DNA of 64,000 nucleotides, from NCBI GenBank assembly GCA_965218795.1, contig OZ244653.1:4672001-4736000 (forward strand). Direction: 5' to 3'. Positions 40,971-50,275 of this stretch are shown piece after piece. The DNA is from a bacterium (GTDB lineage: Bacteria; UBA8248; JACPRG01; G963555815). The position numbers were made by a program, and so were the translations under genes. The notes beneath the pieces were generated by a model. It had not been told where the DNA came from and did no database searches. It was given only the letters and a program-made list of their open reading frames with translations. Positions within the stretch are counted from its first letter, which is position 1, and every line of letters starts with the position of its first letter.

Positions 40971-41474
40971 TTACTCGCCGGATCTCAGGACATTCGGAGA
41001 CGCGGTCGACCAGTCCCCATATTCGCGAAAGGCGCGTTCCACCTCTTCTTCAAGAACTTCAGTGACGACCTCCATTTGGAATCCGGTCAACTCCAGCAGG
41101 CGCTCGATGCTGTAGTCCTTCAGGTCATAGGACCCCCCCGATTCACTCCTCAGCGTATCAATGCTGGCCCCGATGACGATGCCTTGAGCCCCGGAAGCCA
41201 CGGTCGCCCATGCGCACATCGGGCAAGGATGGCACGAGGTATATAAAGTGCAGTCGCTGAGTATGGGACCCTTGAGATTAGCCGCCGTGTTCCGAACTGC
41301 CATGGTCTCCGCATGCGCGGTCGGGTCTCCTGTCGAATTGACGATGTTCCGTCCTCTGCCCACGATTTCGCCTTCTCGAACGACGACGGAACCAAACGGC
41401 CGCTCTCCCGATTGGATTGCGCCGCGCATTTCCTCGATGGCCATGGCCATGAATTTTTCGTGTTCACTGCTCAT
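40971..41474 (-). CDS. Zinc-dependent deaminase, copy C
   Basis: 'PFG', 'DPTAHAE', 'HPCPMC'. Start MSSEHEKF follows a GGGAG RBS. Confidence 0.9.
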   Translation of the reverse strand: MSSEHEKFMAMAIEEMRGAIQSGERPFGSVVVREGEIVGRGRNIVNSTGDPTAHAETMAVRNTAANLKGPILSDCTLYTSCHPCPMCAWATVASGAQGIVIGASIDTLRSESGGSYDLKDYSIERLLELTGFQMEVVTEVLEEEVERAFREYGDWSTASPNVLRSGE

Positions 41475-41526
41475 TCTGGCTTTCTCCCGGCTTGGGTCTG
41501 ATATGGAAAGACCTTTCCGACCCGGC

Positions 41527-41600
41527 TGGAGCTTGGACCGGTCATATTCCTCCAAAACCTTTTCTGCTTCATCCTGCAAGACACCCCGGACGACTCCCAA
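41527..41600 (-). pseudogene. 3' remnant of a fifth deaminase copy
   Basis: 'VVRGVLQDEAEKVLEEYDRSKL' matches the C-termini of copies A and B. CAG stands where the paralogs have TAG. Confidence 0.75.
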
Positions 41601-41632
41601 TTCGCCCTCGGCATGTTCGGCGACTGATCCGG

Positions 41633-42100
41633 CTAGAGCGTGGACCAGTCGTATTCCGCGAGGGCCTTTTCGGCATCGTCCTGAAGCACTCCCCGGATCA
41701 CTTCCAGAGGCATATGCATCTGATCGGCGAGGCTTTCAGCCTTGTATGTCCTCGGGGTCTCGGCTCGGATTTCCGCCAATTTCACCGATCGGGCGCCCAC
41801 GACCAATCGATGAATCCCGGAGAACAAGATCGCGCCGGCGCACATGGGACAGGGGTCACAGGACGTGTATAGCGTACACCCGTCCAAACTCGATGAATTC
41901 AGGTTGGCCGCCGCGTCGCGAACCGCGCTGGTCTCCGCATGTGCCGTCGGATCCTCAGAGGAGTTCACCGTGTTGAAGGCCCGCCCAACGATTTCTCCGT
42001 CGCGCACAATCACTGAGCCGAAAGGCTGTTCACCATTCTGGAGTCCCTTACGGGCTTCTTCGATAGCCATAGCCATGAACGTTTCATGTTCGCTGCTCAT
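41633..42100 (-). CDS. Zinc-dependent deaminase, copy B
   Basis: 'PFG', 'DPTAHAE', 'DPCPMC'. Confidence 0.9.
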   Translation of the reverse strand: MSSEHETFMAMAIEEARKGLQNGEQPFGSVIVRDGEIVGRAFNTVNSSEDPTAHAETSAVRDAAANLNSSSLDGCTLYTSCDPCPMCAGAILFSGIHRLVVGARSVKLAEIRAETPRTYKAESLADQMHMPLEVIRGVLQDDAEKALAEYDWSTL

Positions 42101-42145
42101 TCCGTGTTCTCCCCTCGCTCCGAACCCTCCGGCAGAGCGAATCGA

Positions 42146-42616
42146 CTAGATTTTCGACCACCCATATTCCGCAAGCACCTGTTCGGCTTCGTCCTGCAGG
42201 ACGCCCCATATGACTTGCAGGTCCATATTCATCATCTCAGCAAGCCGGTCGGGTCGGTAGGTTCGTTCGCCTGCTTGACCTCTCAGCTTCACCAGGGTTT
42301 GACCGCGTCCGGCGATGACCAGCGTACCGATCCCTGCGTTGAGAATGGAGCCGCAACACATCGGGCACGGTTCACAGGACGTGTAGAGGGTACTGCCCGA
42401 CAGGTTTGGGGTCTTCAACCGTATCGAGGTTTCCCGAACCGCCCTGGTTTCCGCGTGGGCCGTGGGATCGTTCGAGGAGTTGACCGTGTTGTACGCGCTG
42501 CCAATCACCTCGCCGTCCCGAACGATGACGCTTCCGAAAGGAGCTTCCCCTTGACTCAAACCCTTACGGGATTCCTCGATGGCCATGGCCATGAACTTTT
42601 CGTGGTCGTTGCTCAT
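42146..42616 (-). CDS. Zinc-dependent deaminase, copy A
   Basis: 'PFG', 'DPTAHAE', 'EPCPMC'. ATG overlaps the LLM stop codon (ATGA). Confidence 0.9.
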   Translation of the reverse strand: MSNDHEKFMAMAIEESRKGLSQGEAPFGSVIVRDGEVIGSAYNTVNSSNDPTAHAETRAVRETSIRLKTPNLSGSTLYTSCEPCPMCCGSILNAGIGTLVIAGRGQTLVKLRGQAGERTYRPDRLAEMMNMDLQVIWGVLQDEAEQVLAEYGWSKI

Positions 42617-43626
42617 CTTGAAGCTCCTTGGGTGCGATTCCATTGTGCCGCCAGAAGACTCAGGGCGTGTTTTCGGCTCTCCGGAGATCCTCGAAGGGCC
42701 AGTATGGGAATTTCGAGTCCTGTCTTGACGTATTCGGAGATGCGATCGGTGGCCATCTCCGGTGTGCCCGTTACAGTAAAGGCATGAACGATCTCCTCCG
42801 GCAAGAGGCGCCGCATGGCCGTCCAGTCTTCCTTGACGAGTGCTTCGTTGACCGCGTCGATGTCAAGATGCACGCCGGTCAATTCAAGATTCGTCCGTAA
42901 GCCGGGATTTCGGAGCAGATACCCGAGCCCCTTCTGGGCTTCCAGGAGAGCGTCTTCGTAACTCTCGGAAATGGTTGTCATGATCAGACTAGCGTATGTG
43001 AAATGACCTTCCGTGTTGCCGCCGTCCTTTCGGCCGCTCTCGGTTTGTTGCATGGCCCACTCGATGTACTGAGGCGATACGGCCGCGGAGAAGACGACCC
43101 CGTCGGAAACTTCTCCAGCGAGCCGGCACATTCTTTCACCGATGGCCGCCAGATAGATGGGAATGGGCGGCCCCGGAATCTCGAAATCGATGTGGGCCCC
43201 TTTGAGGCTCAAAGTCTCGCCGGTGAATTCCACTCGATCCCTTTTTGCCTCCCAAAGCCGCCGTATCGAACGAATCATGTCACGCATATGGGCCAGAGGT
43301 CTTTTCAAGGAGATTCCCATCTCCCCCATTACCTGCTCATTGGCTGTCCCGGCGCAGAGGGCCGTGCGGCCGGGGGCGTACTCGGCCAGCGTGGCGATTC
43401 CCATCGCCCAAAAGAGTGGATGAGCTACGTAGGGACTCAAGGCGGTGGGAACGATATGCGCGTTTCTCGTTGCCGCCAGGAAGGCAATCGACGAAGAAAC
43501 AGCATCCCGGTACCCCAAGTGCTGATCGGCCCAGATCGAATGAAATCCCGCATCGTCAGCCATCCGGCACATGTCGATCATGTCGGCCAGCGAGATGCGT
43601 CCGTCCAGATCGATTCCCAGTTTCAT
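42613..43626 (-). CDS. LLM-class flavin (possibly F420)-dependent oxidoreductase
   Basis: 'GFHSIWADQH', 'SPY..HP...A..IATL', 'PIYLAA.G..M..LAGE..DGV', 'GTPE'. Confidence 0.88.
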   Translation of the reverse strand: MKLGIDLDGRISLADMIDMCRMADDAGFHSIWADQHLGYRDAVSSSIAFLAATRNAHIVPTALSPYVAHPLFWAMGIATLAEYAPGRTALCAGTANEQVMGEMGISLKRPLAHMRDMIRSIRRLWEAKRDRVEFTGETLSLKGAHIDFEIPGPPIPIYLAAIGERMCRLAGEVSDGVVFSAAVSPQYIEWAMQQTESGRKDGGNTEGHFTYASLIMTTISESYEDALLEAQKGLGYLLRNPGLRTNLELTGVHLDIDAVNEALVKEDWTAMRRLLPEEIVHAFTVTGTPEMATDRISEYVKTGLEIPILALRGSPESRKHALSLLAAQWNRTQGASR

Positions 43627-44056
43627 CGAAAGCCCTTGGCCGGGGGTGGGGTGAGATCTGGCGACTAGTGTAGCCGTTCTTGTGCCGACATCCAAAAAGA
43701 ATTTTGTCGAAGCGGCGTTCCTGAGTATGCAGACCGAATCAGATCATCTCTCGACTCGAATTCGGAGCGTTGAAATGTGCAAATCGTCTGCCGGAATCAG
43801 AAGGGTGAATTCTTTCGGGCAGAGCGGAAAGGAGCTTGCGATTGACGCGGAGACGTTGAATCGGGGAGCCAAAAACCGGAAGCCTGGATATCACACCTCT
43901 CCATACGGCATCATTGAGGATGTTTCCCTCTGCTTTCTCAGGGGCTGATCCGGTTGCTCCTCCCTCGAGTGGACGGGAAAACACCGTTCACGGGGTCTGG
44001 CTTCCGGGTTTGGTCAGGGAAGGGACGTGACTCGCCGGGCAGAACCGGATTTTTCT

Positions 44057-44941
44057 TTACGTTTCTATCTTCCACAGCCGCGCCGTGTTCCGCCACATGA
44101 TCCTTTCCATGTCCTCATCCGAGATGGGCTCGAGGCCCAGCCGCTCGGCTTCATCCTTCAAGCCGAGCATCAGCTCGACGGCCATATGGGTGTGAGAATT
44201 CTCGGAGCCGAAGAGGAGTTTGTCATACCCGCAGAGCCGGCCGAACCGCTGAATCGCGCGGAGGTTCTCCTCCGGAGTAAACCAGCCCCAGTACGCCATG
44301 TCGGCGTGGATATTGTCGTACTTCGCGATAAGAGCCATGCACTCGTCCACCCACGGCCATCCCAAATGGGCCACGACGATCTTGAGTTCCGGATAGCGGT
44401 ATGCAACGTCATCGAGAAGATAGGGTTGCTGATACTTCAACGGGGCGTTGAGGCAGGGCGTCCACCCCATGTGGCACTGCATCGGGATGTCCAGCTCGAT
44501 GATCTTCTCGTAGACGGGGAAAAGGCGCTCGTCACGCGGGTCGAAGTGATCATAGGAGGGGTAGAGCTTGACCGCGTCCATCCCCAAATCCTTGATGCAG
44601 CGCTCGATTTCATGGATCGATTCGAAAATGTCCCGAAACGGATCGACGCTGCACGTCATGGCGAACCGCTCCGGGGAGACGGCCTTGACTTCCAGGAGGA
44701 AGTCATTCGGGCAGAAGGGGCCTTTCCGATCCGGATACACCCTGCGGTGGTCGGACGTCATGACGCACATCTTGTCGATTCCGTGCTCGTCCATGGTCTG
44801 AACCATGCGCTCGCCCACAGAGAGATCCGGCTCTCCCCCCCATCGGCGCACGCCCCCCCAGGCCCGGTAGAGCTCCTTCACCCACCATTCCGGATAATGC
44901 TCGTGAAGCTTCCCCACGTGAACGTGACAGTCGATAATCAT
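44057..44941 (-). CDS. Amidohydrolase-2 family protein
   Basis: 'IIDCHVH', 'KLYP', 'HMG', 'AHLG.PW', 'LFGSE'. Confidence 0.88.
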   Translation of the reverse strand: MIIDCHVHVGKLHEHYPEWWVKELYRAWGGVRRWGGEPDLSVGERMVQTMDEHGIDKMCVMTSDHRRVYPDRKGPFCPNDFLLEVKAVSPERFAMTCSVDPFRDIFESIHEIERCIKDLGMDAVKLYPSYDHFDPRDERLFPVYEKIIELDIPMQCHMGWTPCLNAPLKYQQPYLLDDVAYRYPELKIVVAHLGWPWVDECMALIAKYDNIHADMAYWGWFTPEENLRAIQRFGRLCGYDKLLFGSENSHTHMAVELMLGLKDEAERLGLEPISDEDMERIMWRNTARLWKIET

Positions 44942-45075
44942 GGGTGTCCTCCTGTGAAGGGGAGCTTTCCTCATTCAAGCCCGATCCTTCCGACGAAGGG
45001 TCTGAGCGGATCCCGGGACGCGCATTCCCGCGATATCGTCAATGAGAGGGCGCAGGGAATTGAGGACTCCCCAGC

Positions 45076-47385
45076 CTACCCGTTGGATTCGGCTTCCTTC
45101 GCCCGAATGGCCTGGAGCAGTTCCTGGGGGCGGATGGGTACCTTGTGGCAGCGGACGCCCACGGCGTTGTGAATGGCGTTCGCGATCGCCGCGGCAACCG
45201 GGTTCACAGGCCCTTCGGAACAGCCCTTTGCCCCGAGTGGACCGAGTGGGTCGTCCGACTCGATGAACTCGTGGCGGATGGGCGGCATGGCTTCGGCCTT
45301 GGGGACGGCGTAATCGGCCAAGTTGCCGTTCAGCGGCTGGCCGTTCTCGAACACCATGTCTTCGAAATAAGCCCACCCCAGTCCCTGGGAAACGGCCCCT
45401 TCCGTCTGGCCTTCCGCTCCGAGAGCGGAGATGACTCGTCCCACGTCGTCTACGGTGACGAATTCCAGAATATCCACCTGCCCGGTTTCCGTATCCACTT
45501 CGACCTCGGCGATCTGAGCTACGAATTCGTAGCCGGGGGCCACGTTGCCGTCCAGAAGCGGCGGCCGGACGATTTCGTTCTCGGCCTCGTAATGACCGAC
45601 GGCCATGACCGGTCCTCCGTCACCCGCAAGACGCTCTTTGTGAGCGGCTTCGCCAATGCTCATGCCCCGATCGGGGGAGCCCTTGACGAAAATCCGGCCT
45701 CCTTCAAAGACGAGGTCATCGGGGTCCGCCTCGAGCTCGTTGGACACGACCGCGGCGAGCTTTTTCTTCAGGTCCACCGCCGCCTTGTGAACGGCGTTCC
45801 CGCCAACCATCGTGATCCGGCTCGCAAAGGAACCGAGGGTGTAGGGGGCGACGTCGGTGTCCGGCGCGCACATGTCGATGTCGGTGATATCCACGCCGAG
45901 CTCCTCCGCGGCGAACATGCTGAGGACCGTCGGCGCCCCCTGTCCGTTGTCCCCTTCGCCGATGAGCAGGCCGATCCGGCCGTCGTCATGCGCATGAAGA
46001 ATGGCAGTCGACCCCTCCCAACCGGCGATCAGGCGGTTGCCGCTCACGTGGTTGGCGCAGGCCAGTCCGATTCCCCGCCGCCGGGTTCCGGACTCGCCCT
46101 GACGGGTTTCCTCCCGCTTGCGTTTCCAGTCGGTCATCTCGACCGCCCGCTCGATACATTCGGGCAGCGCGTTCGTTATGGCGTTCCACTTGTGAATCGA
46201 GAGTTCGCCCGGCTCGAGAGCGTTGTGGAGCCGCAGGTCCGGCGGATCCATTCCCAATGTCTCGGCGAGCATATCCATCATGATCTCACCGGGAACCGTC
46301 GTTTGAGGTGTTCCGAATCCGCGAAACGCTCCTTTGGGGGGATTGTTGGTGTACACCAATCGGGCCTTCACCCCGCAGGCCTTCCACCGGTACAGCGACG
46401 GCCAACGGGTCACCATCGTATTGACGATGCCCGGCGAGGGTCCGGCGTATCCGCCGCATTCCGCGACCAGATCGAGGGCGTGCGCCGTGAGTGTCCCGTC
46501 TTTCATGGCACCGATCTTCAGCCGTACCCTGGCGGGGACCCGCATTCGCGTCGCGCCCCGAAAAGATTCGGTTCGAAGGTTTTCCAGCTTGACCGGCCGA
46601 CCGGCCTTCAGGGCGAGCAGACCGCTGATGAAGGCATTCGGATCGTCGATTGATTTTCCGCCGAACGCCCCTCCCACGTAAGGCTGTATCAGCCGAACCC
46701 TAGAAGTATCCAGCCCCAGGCCCATGGCGATTCTGTCCCGGCCAAGGAAGACTTTCTGGCAAGGGACGTACATGACCAGCTTGCTTCCATCGGTCGGGTC
46801 GGCGACTGTGCAATTGGGCTCGGTGAAAGCGTGATATTGGGTCCTGACTTCGAATTCTTCTTCCAGAATGACATCGGAGGACGTAAAGGCCGCCTCCAGA
46901 TCCCCGCCTTTCTGGAAGTCCAATTCGTGGCAGAGATTGTTCGGGGCGTCGTCATGAATCAGAACGGCGCCATCGGACATCGCGTCTTCGGGAGAGAAGT
47001 AGGCGGGAAGGACTTCATATTCCACATGGATGCGATCAACGGCCTCCTCGGCGGCCTCCCGGGACGCGGCGGCCACTGCCGCGACCTCGTGACCGATAAA
47101 GCGCGCCCTGTCGATGGCGAGAGCTGTCTGATCTTTCCGCATCGTGCCGTAGCCTGCTCCCGGAGGAATGTCTTGACCCGTCACGATTGTTTTGACGCCG
47201 GGCATCTTCAGGGCTTGGGAGGTGTCGACCCGCAGGATTCGCGCATGAGGATGTACGCTGCGTAAGACCTTCCCGTGGAGCAAACCGGGGAACTTCATAT
47301 CCGTAGCGAACCTGGCCTGCCCCGAGACCTTCACCGGGGACCCGATCATCGGTGCGCGTGATCCGATTACCTTGAACGAGCTCAT
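45076..47385 (-). CDS. Xanthine dehydrogenase-family molybdopterin-binding subunit
   Basis: 'RS.HPHARI', 'GGAFGGK', 'AFRGFG', 'GQG', 'DTD', 'GAKG.SE'. Confidence 0.92.
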   Translation of the reverse strand: MSSFKVIGSRAPMIGSPVKVSGQARFATDMKFPGLLHGKVLRSVHPHARILRVDTSQALKMPGVKTIVTGQDIPPGAGYGTMRKDQTALAIDRARFIGHEVAAVAAASREAAEEAVDRIHVEYEVLPAYFSPEDAMSDGAVLIHDDAPNNLCHELDFQKGGDLEAAFTSSDVILEEEFEVRTQYHAFTEPNCTVADPTDGSKLVMYVPCQKVFLGRDRIAMGLGLDTSRVRLIQPYVGGAFGGKSIDDPNAFISGLLALKAGRPVKLENLRTESFRGATRMRVPARVRLKIGAMKDGTLTAHALDLVAECGGYAGPSPGIVNTMVTRWPSLYRWKACGVKARLVYTNNPPKGAFRGFGTPQTTVPGEIMMDMLAETLGMDPPDLRLHNALEPGELSIHKWNAITNALPECIERAVEMTDWKRKREETRQGESGTRRRGIGLACANHVSGNRLIAGWEGSTAILHAHDDGRIGLLIGEGDNGQGAPTVLSMFAAEELGVDITDIDMCAPDTDVAPYTLGSFASRITMVGGNAVHKAAVDLKKKLAAVVSNELEADPDDLVFEGGRIFVKGSPDRGMSIGEAAHKERLAGDGGPVMAVGHYEAENEIVRPPLLDGNVAPGYEFVAQIAEVEVDTETGQVDILEFVTVDDVGRVISALGAEGQTEGAVSQGLGWAYFEDMVFENGQPLNGNLADYAVPKAEAMPPIRHEFIESDDPLGPLGAKGCSEGPVNPVAAAIANAIHNAVGVRCHKVPIRPQELLQAIRAKEAESNG

Positions 47386-47539
47386 CCATTCACTCCTGCG
47401 AAGCACAGGTGATGTAACGGTTTCCGTGAAAATACGGGAACCGTCATGCCTTGAGCACCTGTTACGTAACCGTTCGGAAAGCTTCCCCGTATCGCCAATG
47501 GCTTCTTCATGAAAACATATCACCGAATCGAGCGGCCAC

Positions 47540-48419
47540 TCAACTCTTTATCAAAGTAATCAGGGCGATGCCGGCAACGACGGAAACAGTGCCGATGTAC
47601 GTTCTTGCCGTGATCTTCTCCAGCGTCTCTCAAAAAGAGCGCCGCCATGGAGATCGATAACAGAGGTGTCGCACCGAGAATCGCCATCACCCGCGAGACC
47701 TGCCCGAGAGAAATGGCGGAGAAGAGAAAAAACAATGTGACGGCGAGGCTGATCCCTGCAAGGAGAAAGAACCGGAAGGCCCTGGCAGAGCGCACCAGCC
47801 GCCTGCCTTTCGGAAAAATTCCGTACGTCAGGGCGAGAACAACCAATGCCGAGAATGTGGAAATCAAAATGGCGACGTGAGGGAGGGGGATCATCGACAA
47901 TCCGATCTTCCGGATAATGCCCGCCAGACCCCAGAAAAATCCCGCGCCCAGCGGCAGGATCGCATCTCTCCACCGCAGCGGAGCCTGCCCCTTTGGGCGC
48001 ATGATCACCCAGATGCCCCCGACGATGAGAACGGTGCCGATGTACATCGTCCAATGCGGCCGCTCGCCCAAGAGCGCGACACCGAGCAGAACCGAGAAGA
48101 GCGGATTCGAGCCCATCCCCATGGGGGCCGCCCGCCCGACCCCCAAGCGGCTCAAGGCGATGTAGTACAGCGTCATGGAAAGGGCCGGGGAGCTGAGCCC
48201 TCCCAACAGAAACCACAGGACGCCGGTCCGCGGCAAATCCATCCACCGAACGCCGAGGGCCGCGCAAACCCCCGCATAGGCCATCAGGACGGTCAGGTTG
48301 ATAATCACCGCCGCCATGTAGGGTGAGCCGGTCTGCAGCCCTTGCCGGTTCAGGATGCTCATCGTCGACATAGTGAAAACGGCGAGAAGGGCGAGAAGGT
48401 CAACGGGTATGGCTTGCAA
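47540..48419 (-). pseudogene. DMT/EamA transporter with a +1 frameshift at ~47624 near the C-terminus (real or sequencing error)
   Basis: Two EamA repeats. Removing one base gives 'DLEKITARTYIGTVSVVAGIALITLIKS*', matching the adjacent paralog. Confidence 0.8.
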
Positions 48420-48561
48420 ATTCGGGCTTTTCCGATTGAGGAGGAAGGCTTTTACCCGGGAAACCTTGAATCGCAACGTGTACAGGGGCTCAGTTCAATC
48501 CCCGCCTTGCGGCAAAGTCAGCAAACACTCCGGGGCGCGTCTGTTTTGAGGGGGAAGGCGG

Positions 48562-49449
48562 CTAACCCTTGAGCAATGTAATGGTGGCAACCCCTATCAC
48601 GATGGTGACCGTCCCGCCGTAGGTTCTGCCGGTCACTTTCTCCAGGTCGCCGAGGAATAGGGCCGCCAAGGTGATGGTGCAGAGAGGGATGATCCCCATG
48701 ATGGCCATCACCCTGGAGACCTGACCAAGGGCGAGGCCGGAGAAAAGGAAGTAAAGGGTGATGGCAAAGGCGAGGCCCGCGTACAAGGAGAATTTTACGG
48801 CCCGCCAGGATCGCACGATTCGTCTCTTTTTCGGAAAAAACCCGTATGTCAGAGCCAGGAATGCCAGCGCCGTTGTCGAGGAGATCACTAGGCCAACCTG
48901 AGGTACCGGTATGTATGACAATCCGATCTTCCGAAAAACGGAAGCCAGTCCCCAGAAAAATCCGGCGGTCAAAGGAATCAGTGATTCCCTCCATTTCAAG
49001 GGCGGTTGGTCTTTCGGTCTTGTAATCACCCAAATCCCGCCGATGATCAGGACCGTACCGACGTATAAAGACCAAGAAGGCCGCTCACCCAGGAGGATGA
49101 CGGCCAGCGCGACGGAGGAGAGCGGATTTGCGCCCATCGCGATAGGAGCGGCTTGTGCCACGCCAAACCTGCTCAGCGCATAGTAGTAGATCGTCATCGA
49201 TAGAGCGGGTGAACTGATACCGGCCACCAGGAACCACATGACTCCGGTCGGCGGAAGTTCCGTCCAAGGGGTTCCCACTACGGTACAAGCGATGAAGTAG
49301 AAGAAGAAAACCGTTGCATTGATAATGACCGCCGCCATGTAGGGCGAACCCGTCCGCAGCCCCTGACGGTTCAGGATGCTCATGCTGGACATTGTGAGTG
49401 CGGCGAGAAGCGCGATGATATCGACGGGGATGGCTTGGATGAAGGGCAA
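48562..49449 (-). CDS. DMT/EamA transporter
   Basis: About 10 TM helices, 'LLGERP', and close similarity to the neighbouring gene. Confidence 0.88.
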   Translation of the reverse strand: MPFIQAIPVDIIALLAALTMSSMSILNRQGLRTGSPYMAAVIINATVFFFYFIACTVVGTPWTELPPTGVMWFLVAGISSPALSMTIYYYALSRFGVAQAAPIAMGANPLSSVALAVILLGERPSWSLYVGTVLIIGGIWVITRPKDQPPLKWRESLIPLTAGFFWGLASVFRKIGLSYIPVPQVGLVISSTTALAFLALTYGFFPKKRRIVRSWRAVKFSLYAGLAFAITLYFLFSGLALGQVSRVMAIMGIIPLCTITLAALFLGDLEKVTGRTYGGTVTIVIGVATITLLKG

Positions 49450-49635
49450 GGGGGAGTTTTCCCTTCAGGCGGGCGTCGGATGCCGGCCGTTCGGCGGAAT
49501 GGCGATTGCGATCGAACCGGCAGTTAAGCCTTCGGAGGAGAGAAAGTCAATTGCGGCGCGATGGGATCTTGTTCCAGCGTGCGGATCCATTTTCCACGGA
49601 TCCGCCATCAAGAGAGTCATCCAGGTGTCGTCACG

Positions 49636-50112
49636 TCAGGGATTCTGGAGCGCGGCCGTCTCCGGAGTCATCATCCAGGCGATTCGCCAACCTTGATGGG
49701 GATCACCTTCCAGGCAAACCGCCGTCACCTCCCTGAATGAAATGATGTCCCACGCCTCACTGCCCATCACCAACAGAGAGACCAGCTTGGACAGGAAAGG
49801 CAGATGGCCGATAATCATTCGGTCCTCGCTCGATTGGGCCACCTCGTCGGCAATGGGAACGACAGGGTCCATAGGCGCCAGCCCCTTTCGTTCCATGACT
49901 CCGGTTGCAGAATGGACGGAGGAACCCAGGAGATTCGCTGTCTGGACCGCTCTAAGCTTGTCGCTGTGCCAGACGGCGCCGACGGAGATCCCCTTTGCCT
50001 TCAGGAACCGGGCCATCACTTCAGCTTGCTCCCGGCCTTTTGTCGAGAGAGGACGCCGGGGGTCTTGTTCTTCCGGCAAGGCCTCGCCATGTCGAACCAG
50101 GTAAATGCGCAT
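49636..50112 (-). CDS. sixA: Phosphohistidine phosphatase SixA
   Basis: 'MRIYLVRHGEA', 'RPLS..G', 'RAVQTA', 'GHLP'. Confidence 0.9.
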   Translation of the reverse strand: MRIYLVRHGEALPEEQDPRRPLSTKGREQAEVMARFLKAKGISVGAVWHSDKLRAVQTANLLGSSVHSATGVMERKGLAPMDPVVPIADEVAQSSEDRMIIGHLPFLSKLVSLLVMGSEAWDIISFREVTAVCLEGDPHQGWRIAWMMTPETAALQNP

Positions 50113-50275
50113 CAATGGATTCCTTAGAGCGCTGGGTGATTCTGGCCAATTTTGAAACTTCGATGTATTGTAATGGGAATTCCAATCAAAATCCGAATGT
50201 AACTCGAACGATCGGAAGACCGGGATGTTTTCGAACACCTTGGCGGACCTTTGAATATGAAAGGAGGGTGAGGCA

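Noticed and set aside
40427-42616. Calling any deaminase tadA or guaD
   Set aside because: The TadA-specific EVPVGA and TLEPC motifs and the GuaD C-terminal Tyr tail are not seen, and the substrate is unknown.
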